Source: an uncultured Flavobacteriaceae bacterium
GTDB taxonomy: Bacteria > Bacteroidota > Bacteroidia > AKYH767-A > OLB10
NCBI GenBank assembly: GCA_964432885.1
Contig: CAYSPG010000001.1
Coordinates: forward strand, 8,619 to 72,618
Reading direction: 5' to 3'
Length of the DNA stretch: 64,000 nucleotides
Shown: piece by piece, positions 18,390-28,556 of the stretch
How positions within the stretch are numbered: position 1 is the first letter of the stretch
Layout of the letters: each line of letters starts with the position of its first letter
Notes under the pieces: generated by a model
What the model was told of the DNA's origin: nothing
Databases searched by the model: none
Seen by the model: only the letters and a program-made list of their open reading frames with translations
Position numbers and translations under genes: made by a program

Positions 18390-18796
18390 AATGAATAGCT
18401 AACACCTTTTTTATTGCCCTATGTGTGTATATAAAAAAATCATTGTGCTTCAATTTTTGAATAACAATCTGCAGCCCGATGCTTCGGGTTTGTGGTTGAA
18501 AACAGCTTAATAACAAAAACGACTGCCTTTTAATGGGTAACAGCAGTTATTTTTCAAAACACTATTGTTCGTCAAAACGTTTAAAACGTCTATTGCAAAC
18601 GCGCATCGTATAGGAATAATGAGTACTTTAGTGAATAAAAAAAAATAGGTGGATCATGTTTGCGTTTTCAATCATTGCAAAGTGTCTAAACAAATTCAAT
18701 CAAAGGGAGTGGACAGTTTGAAGGTATATATTACCTCCAAGGCGTGTTGGTTTAAAATATGTTTACTTTTTATATGCTGCTTGTAAAATACATTTT

Positions 18797-19381
18797 ATGC
18801 TAACCCCTGCTCAGCAAAAACTTATTTTAGATAAAGATTTATTTTTCGAAAAAAAAAGAATTACTCAAAATATTTATGCAGATTTTGAAGAGTTAAAGCA
18901 TGAGGTGGAAAACCATCTGTTAAAGCATTTCTCTATTGTTGATAAATACATATTAAAAACAGGAAAAATAAACCGTGGTGAAAATCTGGATGGACTTCCG
19001 TGGATTAATCTGGATTACCCGGGTTACTTTCAAAAGGAAAACGTATTTGCCATACGTTATTTGTTTTGGTGGGGAAATTTTTTTAGCGTAACCCTTCACC
19101 TAGGAGGAACATATTTGGATACGTATAGTGAAGCGCTCACAAAAAATATTTTGCAAAAGCAAGTTGCAGATGCTTATTGGTGCGTAAACAACACTCCATG
19201 GAAATATAATTATGCTGCTGATAATTACATCGCAATAAAAAACTGTAACCGCGATTTGATTGATAAGGCGATACGTAACAACTTTATAAAGGTGTCGATG
19301 TATGCCGATTTAAAACAGCTTAATGGTTTTAAAAATTTTGGAGTTGATTCAGCTAAACAACTTTTAGCTTTGTTACATTAA
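18797..19381 (+). CDS. hypothetical protein
   Basis: 194-aa ORF with an ATG start. Its stop abuts the stop of the convergent gene with 0 nt between them. Confidence 0.5.
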   Translation: MLTPAQQKLILDKDLFFEKKRITQNIYADFEELKHEVENHLLKHFSIVDKYILKTGKINRGENLDGLPWINLDYPGYFQKENVFAIRYLFWWGNFFSVTLHLGGTYLDTYSEALTKNILQKQVADAYWCVNNTPWKYNYAADNYIAIKNCNRDLIDKAIRNNFIKVSMYADLKQLNGFKNFGVDSAKQLLALLH

Positions 19382-20251
19382 CTATTCCACAATTTTTGCT
19401 TCACCTGCCTGTACAATTTCGTAATTATCGGCATCGTATATATAGGCTACAATGTGGCAATGGTTTTGGTTAAAGTTAACAGGTAGGGTATAGGAGTAAT
19501 CTTTTTCAATTATGGTTCCGGCTGCAGGGTCGGTGGCTATGTATCCGCCAAAAGCGGTGTTTACGGTTCCCCTGAAAATATGCCTGTGCAGATAGTTAAG
19601 CACATCCTGGCTGCCACCTCCAACAGGAAAATAATCGAGTTGGGGCGATACAATGCTGTCTTCGGTAACCGCAACACATAATTTATAGTCGCCAGTAAGC
19701 GCATTTAAAAATTCTGATTTTACATTAACCGAAACCGTACGGGTTGAACTGTTATAGGTGTTTTCAATTTCAATCCATGCATCGGCAGGTACCGAAATCT
19801 GGTTAAACACTTCTGTTTCCCACTGAAACTTGTACTTTACATGCGAGCCGGGATATCCTTTGCGGTTTATCATGGCATTTGGCTGTCCGGCAGCACTCAT
19901 TCCAAACAGTGAGTTGTTGTTATAGGCATCACCTTCTGGTGTTCTGAAATCGGCTGTGTAATGACCCGAAACATCAGGCACTGCATATGAGCCGGCATGT
20001 ACAGCCATGGTAAGTAAATTTTTACCATACTTAGGCACCAGGCTATCGTATAAAAATCGTTGGGCTTTAGGACAGTTGCCGCATTTTTGGCCTGTATATT
20101 CTTCTAATATTACTATACGGTATTTTTCTACAGAGGCTGTGTCGCTAGTGTCTATGGGTGTGGTGCTTGTTTCCGTTACAGGGTCATGGATAATATCACA
20201 TGAAGCAAACATGGCAAACAAAGGAATAAGAAGTGCTGCTGATTTTTTCAT
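19382..20251 (-). CDS. Omp28-related lipoprotein with thioredoxin-like CxxC motif
   Basis: Lipobox (LFAMFASC). VILEEYTGQKCGNCPKA resembles the Omp28-family N-terminal motif as I remember it. Confidence 0.55.
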   Translation of the reverse strand: MKKSAALLIPLFAMFASCDIIHDPVTETSTTPIDTSDTASVEKYRIVILEEYTGQKCGNCPKAQRFLYDSLVPKYGKNLLTMAVHAGSYAVPDVSGHYTADFRTPEGDAYNNNSLFGMSAAGQPNAMINRKGYPGSHVKYKFQWETEVFNQISVPADAWIEIENTYNSSTRTVSVNVKSEFLNALTGDYKLCVAVTEDSIVSPQLDYFPVGGGSQDVLNYLHRHIFRGTVNTAFGGYIATDPAAGTIIEKDYSYTLPVNFNQNHCHIVAYIYDADNYEIVQAGEAKIVE

Positions 20252-20275
20252 TTTGTTAATTAATATTTTTTAAAA

Positions 20276-21922
20276 TTAAAAACTGGTGCTAATTGAAATG
20301 GTAATCCCGTTGCTTGCAGGCACCTGGCGGCACACGCCTCCTACACAAAATAAACCTTCGCGCTGTTTGCCATAACCAATGCTTAGGCGCGAAGCATTTT
20401 TTACATAAGCAATATTTACAATGTAATAATGAATGCGCTTGTCTTTGTCATCATTGCCATAGTTGTATTGGTCGCCAACGGCAACAAACCAATGAGGCGA
20501 ATTAGAAAACTCAATAAGTGCCGATGCCCATGAGCCAAAATCCTGTTCGGTTTGAAGGGTTTGCAGTTCGGTGCGAATTGAATTTTTTTGTGAGAGTTTA
20601 AATGTAATGTCGGCAACACCAAGATGTGCATATACGGTGCCATATTTGTTTGCTCCTTCGGCTTGCAGTTTATCTTTATCATACACCTGGTTTGCATACA
20701 GCAAGGTAAACTTAATGCTCTTGCTTATTTTTTTGTTTATCTCAACGCTTACATCCTGGTAATAAATGTCTGTTCCCATTTTTCCATAATCGCTCTTGTA
20801 AATATCTTTTCCTTCAACTTTAGAAGTGTCTAAGCCGTTGGCACCGCTGTAGTTTACCACTACGTTGGTTCCGTATTCACCGCCCAGCATGCTTCCTTTT
20901 TTAAATGAATAATTTACTTCGGCTTCGTAGCCAATCTCACCATTGGGTTGGGTAGAGTAGGGATAGATGGTTGCAAGGGAATAGGTATGGTACTTTGTAA
21001 GAGCAGGTAAATAGTTTATCAATAGTGTATTTAGATTTGCATTACGGTCGCTTCTAAAGTTCATGTTATCAATTCGCTTGGCAGCAAGTAAAATGCCAAA
21101 TCCTTTTTGTGAGTAGGTAGTTTTTAAAAGCATGGCATCGCCAAACTTATAACTGTAATTGTTTATAGCACTGGGGTCGTTGTATTTATAAACATACTCA
21201 GCATTAACCGAAATTTTTCCGCGTGTAAAATCCAATCTTCCTGCCCATGAAGCTACGTTTTCGGGTAATTTATAAGTTGGATCGGTATCCGATTGGTACT
21301 TGCTTACAAAACTTCCTCCTACCGTTAATCGTGACTTTGATTCGGATAAGGAGGGTAGTAATTCATTTACCTGCACTTCGCCATCAGCACCTCGCACTAT
21401 GCCAGGGCCTTTGGCAAAGAAAAAACGCTGACGGCCAATTAAACCTTTTAAATAAACACCTTTGTAAAGGTTGTATTTAATACGCAAGCCGTCAATGGCA
21501 TTATCGTATCCCAATGTAGGTTCCCAATAGGCGCGCAATATCAGTCCGCTCCCAAATTGTTCGTAAAAATTGCCAACGGTAATATCCAGTTCATCATTGG
21601 TATATCCAATGTAGCGGTGTGCAATGCCGCTGCCTTTATACCGGGCATCATAACCCAGCATCACATCTTCGTATGATTCAAACCGAATTCCTGCCCTAAA
21701 GTTTCCTTTGGTGGCAGTAATGTCACCATATCCGTTAAATAAAAATTTGGAAGGAACATCCGGTGCTCCTATCAGTGTATCTTTAAAGTAGTATTGCCCA
21801 TCGGCTACAAAGCTGCCGTGAATTTCGGCTGGAAGATTTTGTGCCAAGATGTTTTTAAAACCAAAAAAAAAGACCGTTGCAAACAGCACGGTCACTTTTT
21901 TTTCTCTCGAAAATTTTTTCAT
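20276..21922 (-). CDS. putative outer-membrane beta-barrel protein (unknown family)
   Basis: Signal peptide. Alternating-hydrophobic Tyr/Gly-rich strands throughout. C-terminal …ISISTSF aromatic terminus. Confidence 0.5.
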   Translation of the reverse strand: MKKFSREKKVTVLFATVFFFGFKNILAQNLPAEIHGSFVADGQYYFKDTLIGAPDVPSKFLFNGYGDITATKGNFRAGIRFESYEDVMLGYDARYKGSGIAHRYIGYTNDELDITVGNFYEQFGSGLILRAYWEPTLGYDNAIDGLRIKYNLYKGVYLKGLIGRQRFFFAKGPGIVRGADGEVQVNELLPSLSESKSRLTVGGSFVSKYQSDTDPTYKLPENVASWAGRLDFTRGKISVNAEYVYKYNDPSAINNYSYKFGDAMLLKTTYSQKGFGILLAAKRIDNMNFRSDRNANLNTLLINYLPALTKYHTYSLATIYPYSTQPNGEIGYEAEVNYSFKKGSMLGGEYGTNVVVNYSGANGLDTSKVEGKDIYKSDYGKMGTDIYYQDVSVEINKKISKSIKFTLLYANQVYDKDKLQAEGANKYGTVYAHLGVADITFKLSQKNSIRTELQTLQTEQDFGSWASALIEFSNSPHWFVAVGDQYNYGNDDKDKRIHYYIVNIAYVKNASRLSIGYGKQREGLFCVGGVCRQVPASNGITISISTSF

Positions 21923-21958
21923 ATCAGTTCAGGTTGTCAAATACCAATTGGTTTAGTG

Positions 21959-22486
21959 TTAGTTTGATTTAGGAGATTCGGCAGATAGTTTTTTTATTTC
22001 TTCGTAAAGTTTGGCTTCATCACCGGGGGCATAGCCTGTATGTACAGAAACTATTTCGCCTTTGCCATTAACCAAAAAAGTGTATGGCACCATGCCTATG
22101 TTAAGTGCGCGCTTTAAATCGCCATTGGGGTCAACAAATACGTCATATTCCCACCCCTTACCGTTAACAAAAGGTTTTACATTGCTCATGGTACGCGCAT
22201 CATCAACCGATATGGCAAATATTTTTACACCAGTTTCTTTTTGCCAGTCGGCATATACTTCTTGTATGGCGTTTAACTCGTTTACACAAGGTTTGCACCA
22301 GGTGGCCCAAAAGTCGAGCACAAAAGGTTTGCCACCATTGTTTAAATTTGAAGTACTTACGGTTTTGCCTTCCATATCCTTTAAGTCAACTACAGGTATG
22401 GTGCGTGTTTTGGTTTCGGTTTGTGCAAGCGTAGCAAAACAAAACACAAGGGAACAAACTGTCCCTGCAATAATTTTTTTAATCAT
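21959..22486 (-). CDS. TlpA-family thiol:disulfide oxidoreductase
   Basis: Signal peptide, then FVLDFWATWCKPC thioredoxin motif; 175 aa. Confidence 0.85.
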   Translation of the reverse strand: MIKKIIAGTVCSLVFCFATLAQTETKTRTIPVVDLKDMEGKTVSTSNLNNGGKPFVLDFWATWCKPCVNELNAIQEVYADWQKETGVKIFAISVDDARTMSNVKPFVNGKGWEYDVFVDPNGDLKRALNIGMVPYTFLVNGKGEIVSVHTGYAPGDEAKLYEEIKKLSAESPKSN

Positions 22487-22495
22487 GATTAATTT

Positions 22496-23197
22496 TTAGC
22501 GGTTGTTTACAACAATTTTTTTGTTCGCCAGCGATTTGCCGTTTCCTGTTAAGGATACAAAGTAAACGCCCGATGCAAATGTTGAAGATGAAATAATAAT
22601 GTTGCCTGAATTGCTACGTACAGGAAATTTCTTTACCACATTACCTAGCATGTCTATCATACAAATTTCGCCCGAAGCAACATTTTTTAAATTGTAGCTG
22701 ATGGCAATTAATCCGCCCTGGCCGCTGTTTGCTACAGTGAGGTAGTTGCTGCCCGATGGATTTTCTAAACCGGTACCTTGGGTATCGTAATAAATACGCA
22801 CGGTAACCTGATCGTTTACATTATTCATGTCAAAAAAGATGTAATCAAGTGTGCTTATTCCTACACCGTTATTAGGGTAATAATCGCTTACAAAACTACT
22901 TTCGATTGAAGTGCCGGGTATAGTGGCAGGTAGTGGCGAAAGGTAAGTGCCAACCCCATAACACAATGCACCCCAGCAAAATGAACTTTGTGCACCGGCT
23001 ACCATCGAAACTTCGTCAAGTTGAAGTTTTACATCAATGGTATTGTTGCTGCTGTTATAAACATCAAAACCTGTTGATAACATAGATGCGCTGGCCGAAC
23101 CATAAATGGTGGTGGTAACACCTTGTGGGACCAAACTTTGTGCATTAACCGAGTAGGCAAATACTACTGATGTGATAAGTGTAAATAGTTTCTTCAT
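22496..23197 (-). CDS. secreted protein with T9SS C-terminal sorting domain
   Basis: Signal peptide (…AYSVNAQ). C-terminal …GVYFVSLTGNGKSLANKKIVVNNR type CTD. CWGALC Cys pair. Confidence 0.6.
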   Translation of the reverse strand: MKKLFTLITSVVFAYSVNAQSLVPQGVTTTIYGSASASMLSTGFDVYNSSNNTIDVKLQLDEVSMVAGAQSSFCWGALCYGVGTYLSPLPATIPGTSIESSFVSDYYPNNGVGISTLDYIFFDMNNVNDQVTVRIYYDTQGTGLENPSGSNYLTVANSGQGGLIAISYNLKNVASGEICMIDMLGNVVKKFPVRSNSGNIIISSSTFASGVYFVSLTGNGKSLANKKIVVNNR

Positions 23198-23561
23198 GTG
23201 AATGTGTGTTTAAATTTACAGGTGGTAAAAGTAATAATTTATTAATGCAATAGTAGGATAATAAATACCGGTTTTGTAATAAAAAGTTGATTAATTATTA
23301 ACCGTGGCTTTTTATGGAATTGCCGCTTTGAATGTGCTTACATGGTAAGCAGTTTTATTGATATTAAAATGAGTTAAAATTAAGGTAAGACATTTAAGAA
23401 AAAGGATGCACTTGTAATCAAAATTGCGTTTTTATTATTCCTTATATTAAATCTGCGGTTTAGTAAAAAAAAGCGTGTTTTTATGATTGAATCATTTGTT
23501 TGGGTAACCTAATGATATGATTTTGTTACAGCAGAAAATGATTGGATGTCAGCAGGGGTTG

Positions 23562-24881
23562 TTACACTTCTTTGCCACTATCCTTGCTGCGAAAAGAAAT
23601 GGCAATGGGAACACCGGTGAGGTTAAAGTTTTTGCGCAGGTTGTTTTCTAAAAACCTACGGTAGGTGGTTTGTATGTACTGTGGATTGCTGCTAAAAAAT
23701 ACAAAGCGCGGATAAGGTCCCGGCACCTGGGTAATGTATTTTATATTTATTAGTTTACCTTTTATGGCTGCAGGCGGATAACTTTCTATTAGCGGCAGCA
23801 TAATTTTATTTAACTGCGATGTGGGTATGTGCTGGCTGCGGTTTTTGTAAACATCAATGGCTGTTTCCAGCGCTTTGTGTATGCGCTGCTTGTTTATAAC
23901 CGAGGTAAACAAGATAGGAAGATCTTCAAAGGGGGCAAGTTTTTGCTTTATCTCTTCGGTAAATTTTTTGGTGTTGATTTGTTCCTTGTCTATAAGGTCC
24001 CATTTGTTTACCAATATAACCACACCTTTATGATTGGTTTGTATTAAATGAAAAACATTTACATCCTGAGCAGTAAACCCCTTTGTGGCATCTACCATAA
24101 AAAGACAAATGTCCGAATTCTCGATAGCACGAATGCTTCGCATTACCGAATAAAACTCAAGGTCTTGGTGCACCTTTCCTTTTTTGCGCAAGCCGGCAGT
24201 ATCTACCAAAATAAAATCAAAACCAAAACTGGTATAACGAATGTTTATGCTGTCGCGGGTGGTGCCTGCTATGGGTGTAACAATGCTGCGCTCAACACCG
24301 GTAAGTGTATTTACCAACGAAGATTTGCCCACATTAGGCTGCCCTATAATGGTAATGCGTGGAAGTTTTTCTTTTTCGTCTGCATCAGGCTTAAATTCTT
24401 TAACCACATCATCAAGCAATTCGCCCGTACCGCTACCGTTGGCTGACGATATACAATAGTAATTGTCCATCCCAAGTGCATAAAATTCTGCCGCATCATC
24501 AAGTTGCTTGTGGGTGTCAACTTTATTCACCACCAAAAAAACTTTTTTCTTCGACCTGCGAAGTAGGTGCGCAATATCTTTATCAAAATCATTTAGTCCT
24601 TCGCGGCCATCCACCACAAACAGAATAATATCGGCCTCTTCAACCGCTAATTTTACCTGCTTTCTTATTTCACTTTCAAAAATATCTTCGCTTCCTTCCA
24701 CATATCCGCCCGTATCAATTACCGAAAAAGGGTGGCCCGTCCATTCGCCTTTGCCATAGTGCCTGTCGCGCGTAACCCCGGCCTCGTCATGCACTATTGC
24801 CTGCATGGATTCAGTTAAGCGATTAAACAGCGTTGACTTGCCCACATTTGGCCTGCCTACTATAGCGATAATATTACTCAT
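23562..24881 (-). CDS. der: ribosome biogenesis GTPase Der (EngA)
   Basis: Two G domains ([16 protein letters not shown]; DTGG/DTAG; NKVD/NKWD) plus a KH-like C-terminus. ATG at 24881 preferred over the TTG at 24890. Confidence 0.95.
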   Translation of the reverse strand: MSNIIAIVGRPNVGKSTLFNRLTESMQAIVHDEAGVTRDRHYGKGEWTGHPFSVIDTGGYVEGSEDIFESEIRKQVKLAVEEADIILFVVDGREGLNDFDKDIAHLLRRSKKKVFLVVNKVDTHKQLDDAAEFYALGMDNYYCISSANGSGTGELLDDVVKEFKPDADEKEKLPRITIIGQPNVGKSSLVNTLTGVERSIVTPIAGTTRDSINIRYTSFGFDFILVDTAGLRKKGKVHQDLEFYSVMRSIRAIENSDICLFMVDATKGFTAQDVNVFHLIQTNHKGVVILVNKWDLIDKEQINTKKFTEEIKQKLAPFEDLPILFTSVINKQRIHKALETAIDVYKNRSQHIPTSQLNKIMLPLIESYPPAAIKGKLINIKYITQVPGPYPRFVFFSSNPQYIQTTYRRFLENNLRKNFNLTGVPIAISFRSKDSGKEV

Positions 24882-25752
24882 TGTAACCAAAGTTGTTTAA
24901 CATGTTCTCATCATTTCTCCAGTCGTCACGTATTTTTACAGTAAGTTCAAGAAACACTTTTTTTTGCAGCAAACTTTCAATTTTTTTGCGGGCATCTGTG
25001 CCCAGCTTTTTTATCGCACTGCCGTTTTTGCCAAGCAATATGGCTTTTTGCGATTCGCGCTCAACATATACATAAGCCCGTATGCGGGTAATGTTTTTTT
25101 GTTCTTTAAATTCTTCAATCACCACTTCACTGCTGTATGGTATTTCTTTTTCAAACTGTAAAAATATTTTTTCGCGGATAATTTCTGAAACAAAAAAGCG
25201 TTCGCTGCGGTCGGTAAGATCATCTTTGCTGAAGTAAGCAGGCGCCTGGGGCAAATATTTTATTAATGCTTTTAGCAACATATCGGCACCAAATTTTTCT
25301 TTTGCGCTTACAGGTACAATCTCTTCGGGTTTAAGTTTGGCATTTATTTCATGCACCGTTTTCTCCAGTTCTTCCTGCGTGGTAAGATCTATTTTATTTA
25401 AAGCAACAATAATTTTTTTTGATGAAGGATTCAATTTTAAAAAACGCTCTGCATCAAATTGTTTATCAGTTGCATCCATTACCAAAAGAATGGCATCAGC
25501 ATCCTTAAAAGCGTCTGATACAAATTCCATCATGCGATTATGCAACTTGTAATTAGGTGTTATAATACCGGGCGTGTCCGAAAATATAAGTTGGTAATCA
25601 TCGCCCGTAACTACTCCGCGTATGCGATGACGCGTAGTTTGCGCCTTATGGGTAACAATGCTTAAATCATGACCAATGAGTTTATTCATTAGCGTTGATT
25701 TACCTGCATTAGGCTTACCTACTATTGCTATAAAACCAGCTTTATGCTCCAT
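24874..25752 (-). CDS. era: GTPase Era
   Basis: [17 protein letters not shown] and a C-terminal KH domain (…[11 protein letters not shown]…). Confidence 0.95.
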   Translation of the reverse strand: MEHKAGFIAIVGKPNAGKSTLMNKLIGHDLSIVTHKAQTTRHRIRGVVTGDDYQLIFSDTPGIITPNYKLHNRMMEFVSDAFKDADAILLVMDATDKQFDAERFLKLNPSSKKIIVALNKIDLTTQEELEKTVHEINAKLKPEEIVPVSAKEKFGADMLLKALIKYLPQAPAYFSKDDLTDRSERFFVSEIIREKIFLQFEKEIPYSSEVVIEEFKEQKNITRIRAYVYVERESQKAILLGKNGSAIKKLGTDARKKIESLLQKKVFLELTVKIRDDWRNDENMLNNFGYNE

Positions 25753-25840
25753 CTAAATTTTAGGCGAAAGTATGAAATAAGGGGCTGTACTTTGTGGGTT
25801 TGGTTTCTAAAACAAACCGTATCAAACAACAGCCAGCCTT

Positions 25841-26749
25841 TTAATTACGAAGGCCAACTCCGCTAAAGTAGGCCTTGTTACGCGCAATTTGCCGCAACGA
25901 TAGTGGGCGAATTATCAGATTAAAAATTATAAGCACCACAGGTGCAATTATAAAAAGAGCAAACAGCAAGTAGTGTTTAAAAATCTGAAGCCAAAGCGCT
26001 CGGTTTTTCTTTTTTAAAATGGCTGTTGCCCAAAGTTTAAACAGCATACCCGCACGCCCTTCAATAAACATAAGGTTGGTTTGCGGTTCAACGGCATGTT
26101 GTTTTACTAACTGCTGCTGCATATTGGTAAAATCATTTTGGATTAAAAAAGGAACTACCATGTTGCCAAATGTTGCTGCGCTTTTAATATCAGCATCGCT
26201 TACACCGGGCAATGGAAATAAGCCCCACATTTTATCTTTTTTGCCGGTAAACATCCAATATTGTATGGTAACAGCACTTATAAAATTATTATGCCTGTCG
26301 GAAAAAACAATGTTGCCAACCAAATTGGCATTACAATCAGCCAAAAGCTTTTTGATTTTTTCCTGTGCATTAATCCACATATTGCGCGAGCCTATAAGGG
26401 TAATAACAGGTGTATTGTTAAGTATTTTTTTTATTGCCTGATTATGAAGTGCCGAAGTGGCCGGAATACTGGGCGATAAAAACCAGGGCTGGTAGGCAAA
26501 AATCACAAAATCATATTTTTCGTTTTTTAAATAGGGAGATTTAACAGGAGCAGGAATTCCTAAAACGCTTTCGGGCATGGCATCAAAAAACTTTTTTCCG
26601 CTCCAAGGAAACGGAAAATTATTTTCAGGCATTATCTCAAGCCACTCAACAAGGCAGCCATTTTGCAAAAGGGGAGAGGTAAAGTTTTCGGCAATTTGTT
26701 TCAGTTGGCCCGACTGAGAATAATAAATAACCAAAACACGTTTAGCCAT
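25841..26749 (-). CDS. DarA-like (dialkylresorcinol condensing enzyme family) protein: flavodoxin-like N-terminus plus C-terminal TM helices
   Basis: MAKRVLVIYYSQSGQLKQI…, MPESVLGIPAP, YQPWFLSPSIP and GSRNMWINAQEKI resemble DarA-family proteins of flexirubin loci as I recall them. Not verified by search. Confidence 0.45.
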   Translation of the reverse strand: MAKRVLVIYYSQSGQLKQIAENFTSPLLQNGCLVEWLEIMPENNFPFPWSGKKFFDAMPESVLGIPAPVKSPYLKNEKYDFVIFAYQPWFLSPSIPATSALHNQAIKKILNNTPVITLIGSRNMWINAQEKIKKLLADCNANLVGNIVFSDRHNNFISAVTIQYWMFTGKKDKMWGLFPLPGVSDADIKSAATFGNMVVPFLIQNDFTNMQQQLVKQHAVEPQTNLMFIEGRAGMLFKLWATAILKKKNRALWLQIFKHYLLFALFIIAPVVLIIFNLIIRPLSLRQIARNKAYFSGVGLRN

Positions 26750-26755
26750 ATTTAT

Positions 26756-27256
26756 TTAATGTGGAAAATCAGTAGGCTTAATCACCTTTGAGCCTTTGCT
26801 GTAATCAACTACAGCACCCTTAACTTTTGGTGGCAGTTGGGGATATTTCTTTTTTATCAATTCAACATCCTGCTTAATGTTTGAATGATAGTTAAGCGCC
26901 TTTGGACAGTTTTCCTGTATTACCAATCTTAAAAATCTATATTCGGCATTGCCATTTTCTTTTGCAATTACATTGTCGAGCATTTTTTTTCCCTGGTTAA
27001 AAACCTGCAATCCTTTTGGCGACCGTATGGTGGAAGCTTTTTTCATCAGTAAAGTTCCTTTATAAGCAAGTTCAAGATTTGACGCAGCATGTTCTAAATT
27101 GTTTAGCATGGTAAACAACCGTGCAGTATCATCCAGTGCCAGTGCATTGTAAAAGTCGAAGGTTGCAATTTCAGGCCGCAGGGGTTGTGCTTTAACCGGC
27201 ACATGTCCAATTAAAACTACAAACATTAAAGGAGCTAAAAATTTTATTCGGGTCAA
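26756..27256 (-). CDS. hypothetical secreted protein
   Basis: 166-aa ORF with a TTG start and a signal-like N-terminus. Sits 6 nt upstream of the DarA-like gene. Confidence 0.45.
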   Translation of the reverse strand: MTRIKFLAPLMFVVLIGHVPVKAQPLRPEIATFDFYNALALDDTARLFTMLNNLEHAASNLELAYKGTLLMKKASTIRSPKGLQVFNQGKKMLDNVIAKENGNAEYRFLRLVIQENCPKALNYHSNIKQDVELIKKKYPQLPPKVKGAVVDYSKGSKVIKPTDFPH

Positions 27257-27307
27257 CTTTTTATCTATTAACTCTTGTTTAAATTATTCCTTTAAGTTAC
27301 AGAAGCA

Positions 27308-28555
27308 TTAATGCACTACTTTATCTCTTTCTTCAATGCGAATTACTTCGGCCAATGTATGTATCATGGTTTTATGCTTACGCACCAGCGGGTTGGTTTG
27401 GTCCCAAACATAACCGGCAAGTATGCTGCATATTTGCCGTTTTAAATCCTGTTGTACATTTTCGGCAAAAAATATGGTTTGCATATCGCCATTGTACCAG
27501 CTAAGCACAAACGAGCGAAACACATCAATGCCGCTGCGCAAAATATTTTCGTATTCATTAAGCCAGTCAACCTCACCGCCTTTTAATTTACGGTCAACCA
27601 ACTTGGCGGCCATAAGCCCACTACCTGTTGCCAAGGTAACGCCCGATGAAAATATAGGGTCTAAAAACTCGGTGCTGTTACCACACATTACATATCCATT
27701 ACCAAAAAGTTGCTTAGCACGCTTTGCATAACCCAATACTGTACGTGGTTCAAATACAAGTTTTTCATCACTAAAGCGGCCTTTTAAATCAGCAAATGTG
27801 CGAATGTGTTTTAAAAATTTCTCGCCATTATTGGCAGCAAGGTCTTCTACATAATCCTGGTCGCTAACCACACCTACCGAAGTGGTTCGGTCGCTAAACG
27901 GAATGGCCCATATCCATGCCGTGTTATTGTTAAACGAATGGATAAAAATATTTTCGCCTCCGTCAGCAGTTCGTTTGGTATCATGCATGTGACTAAAAAC
28001 CGCCCCACGAGGTGGTGTTTGCACAGGTTCTTCTAAATTAAAAAACCGGGGCAGCACACGGCCATAGCCGCTTGCATCCACAATGTATCTGGCATGTATG
28101 GTGTATTCTTTTCCATTCGCATCTTTATAAGTAACCACCTGCACTTTTTCCGAGCAGTTTACACTTGTAACCTCACATTCAAAATGTACTTCCACGCCTT
28201 GTTTTTCGGCTTCTTTAATTAAAATGTGGTCAAAGTCGGCACGTTTTACCTGCCAGGTCCATGTCCAGCCTTTGGTGTGCTGATCGTTAAAAAAGAAATT
28301 AAGTCGCTGCTCTCCTTTGTAAAAAGCGGCCCCATTTTTAATTTGAAAACCGTGTTCTTTAACAGCAGGTAAAAATCCTACAGCGTCAAGGTGGTCCATG
28401 CAATGTGGTAACAGGCTTTCGCCAATTACAAAGCGCGGAAATTTTTGCTTTTCTATTACTACTGTTTTATAACCCAGCTTATTTAAATAAGCCGATGAAA
28501 CCGAACCTGAAGGGCCGGCTCCAATTACCAATACATCAATTTCTCTGTTCTGCAT
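27308..28555 (-). CDS. FAD-dependent halogenase-like oxidoreductase
   Basis: GAGPSGS dinucleotide motif, FPRFVIGESLLP, K73 in IKNGAAF, and WxWxIP motif W214-IWAIP-219 (27899-27916). Confidence 0.6.
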   Translation of the reverse strand: MQNREIDVLVIGAGPSGSVSSAYLNKLGYKTVVIEKQKFPRFVIGESLLPHCMDHLDAVGFLPAVKEHGFQIKNGAAFYKGEQRLNFFFNDQHTKGWTWTWQVKRADFDHILIKEAEKQGVEVHFECEVTSVNCSEKVQVVTYKDANGKEYTIHARYIVDASGYGRVLPRFFNLEEPVQTPPRGAVFSHMHDTKRTADGGENIFIHSFNNNTAWIWAIPFSDRTTSVGVVSDQDYVEDLAANNGEKFLKHIRTFADLKGRFSDEKLVFEPRTVLGYAKRAKQLFGNGYVMCGNSTEFLDPIFSSGVTLATGSGLMAAKLVDRKLKGGEVDWLNEYENILRSGIDVFRSFVLSWYNGDMQTIFFAENVQQDLKRQICSILAGYVWDQTNPLVRKHKTMIHTLAEVIRIEERDKVVH

Positions 28556-28556
28556 A

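Noticed and set aside
18475-18487. 13-mer cccgatgcttcgg shared with 47232-47244 (both small GC hairpins in intergenic DNA)
   Set aside because: A 13-nt recurrence is within chance expectation for a 64-kb window on two strands: about 4e9 position pairs against 4^13 = 6.7e7 gives tens expected. I do not claim it as a repeat family, although both copies are hairpins.
22062-22499. 145-aa plus-strand ORF
   Set aside because: It is antisense to the TlpA gene, which has a clear signal peptide and WCKPC motif.
26019-26441. 140-aa plus-strand ORF (and 26261-26479)
   Set aside because: It is antisense to the DarA-like CDS, with no independent support.
26757-26768. DnaA-box-like sequence (ttttccaca on the minus strand)
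   Set aside because: It is a single imperfect box inside a coding region with no cluster, and no AT-rich unwinding element or dnaA/dnaN nearby. It is not an origin.
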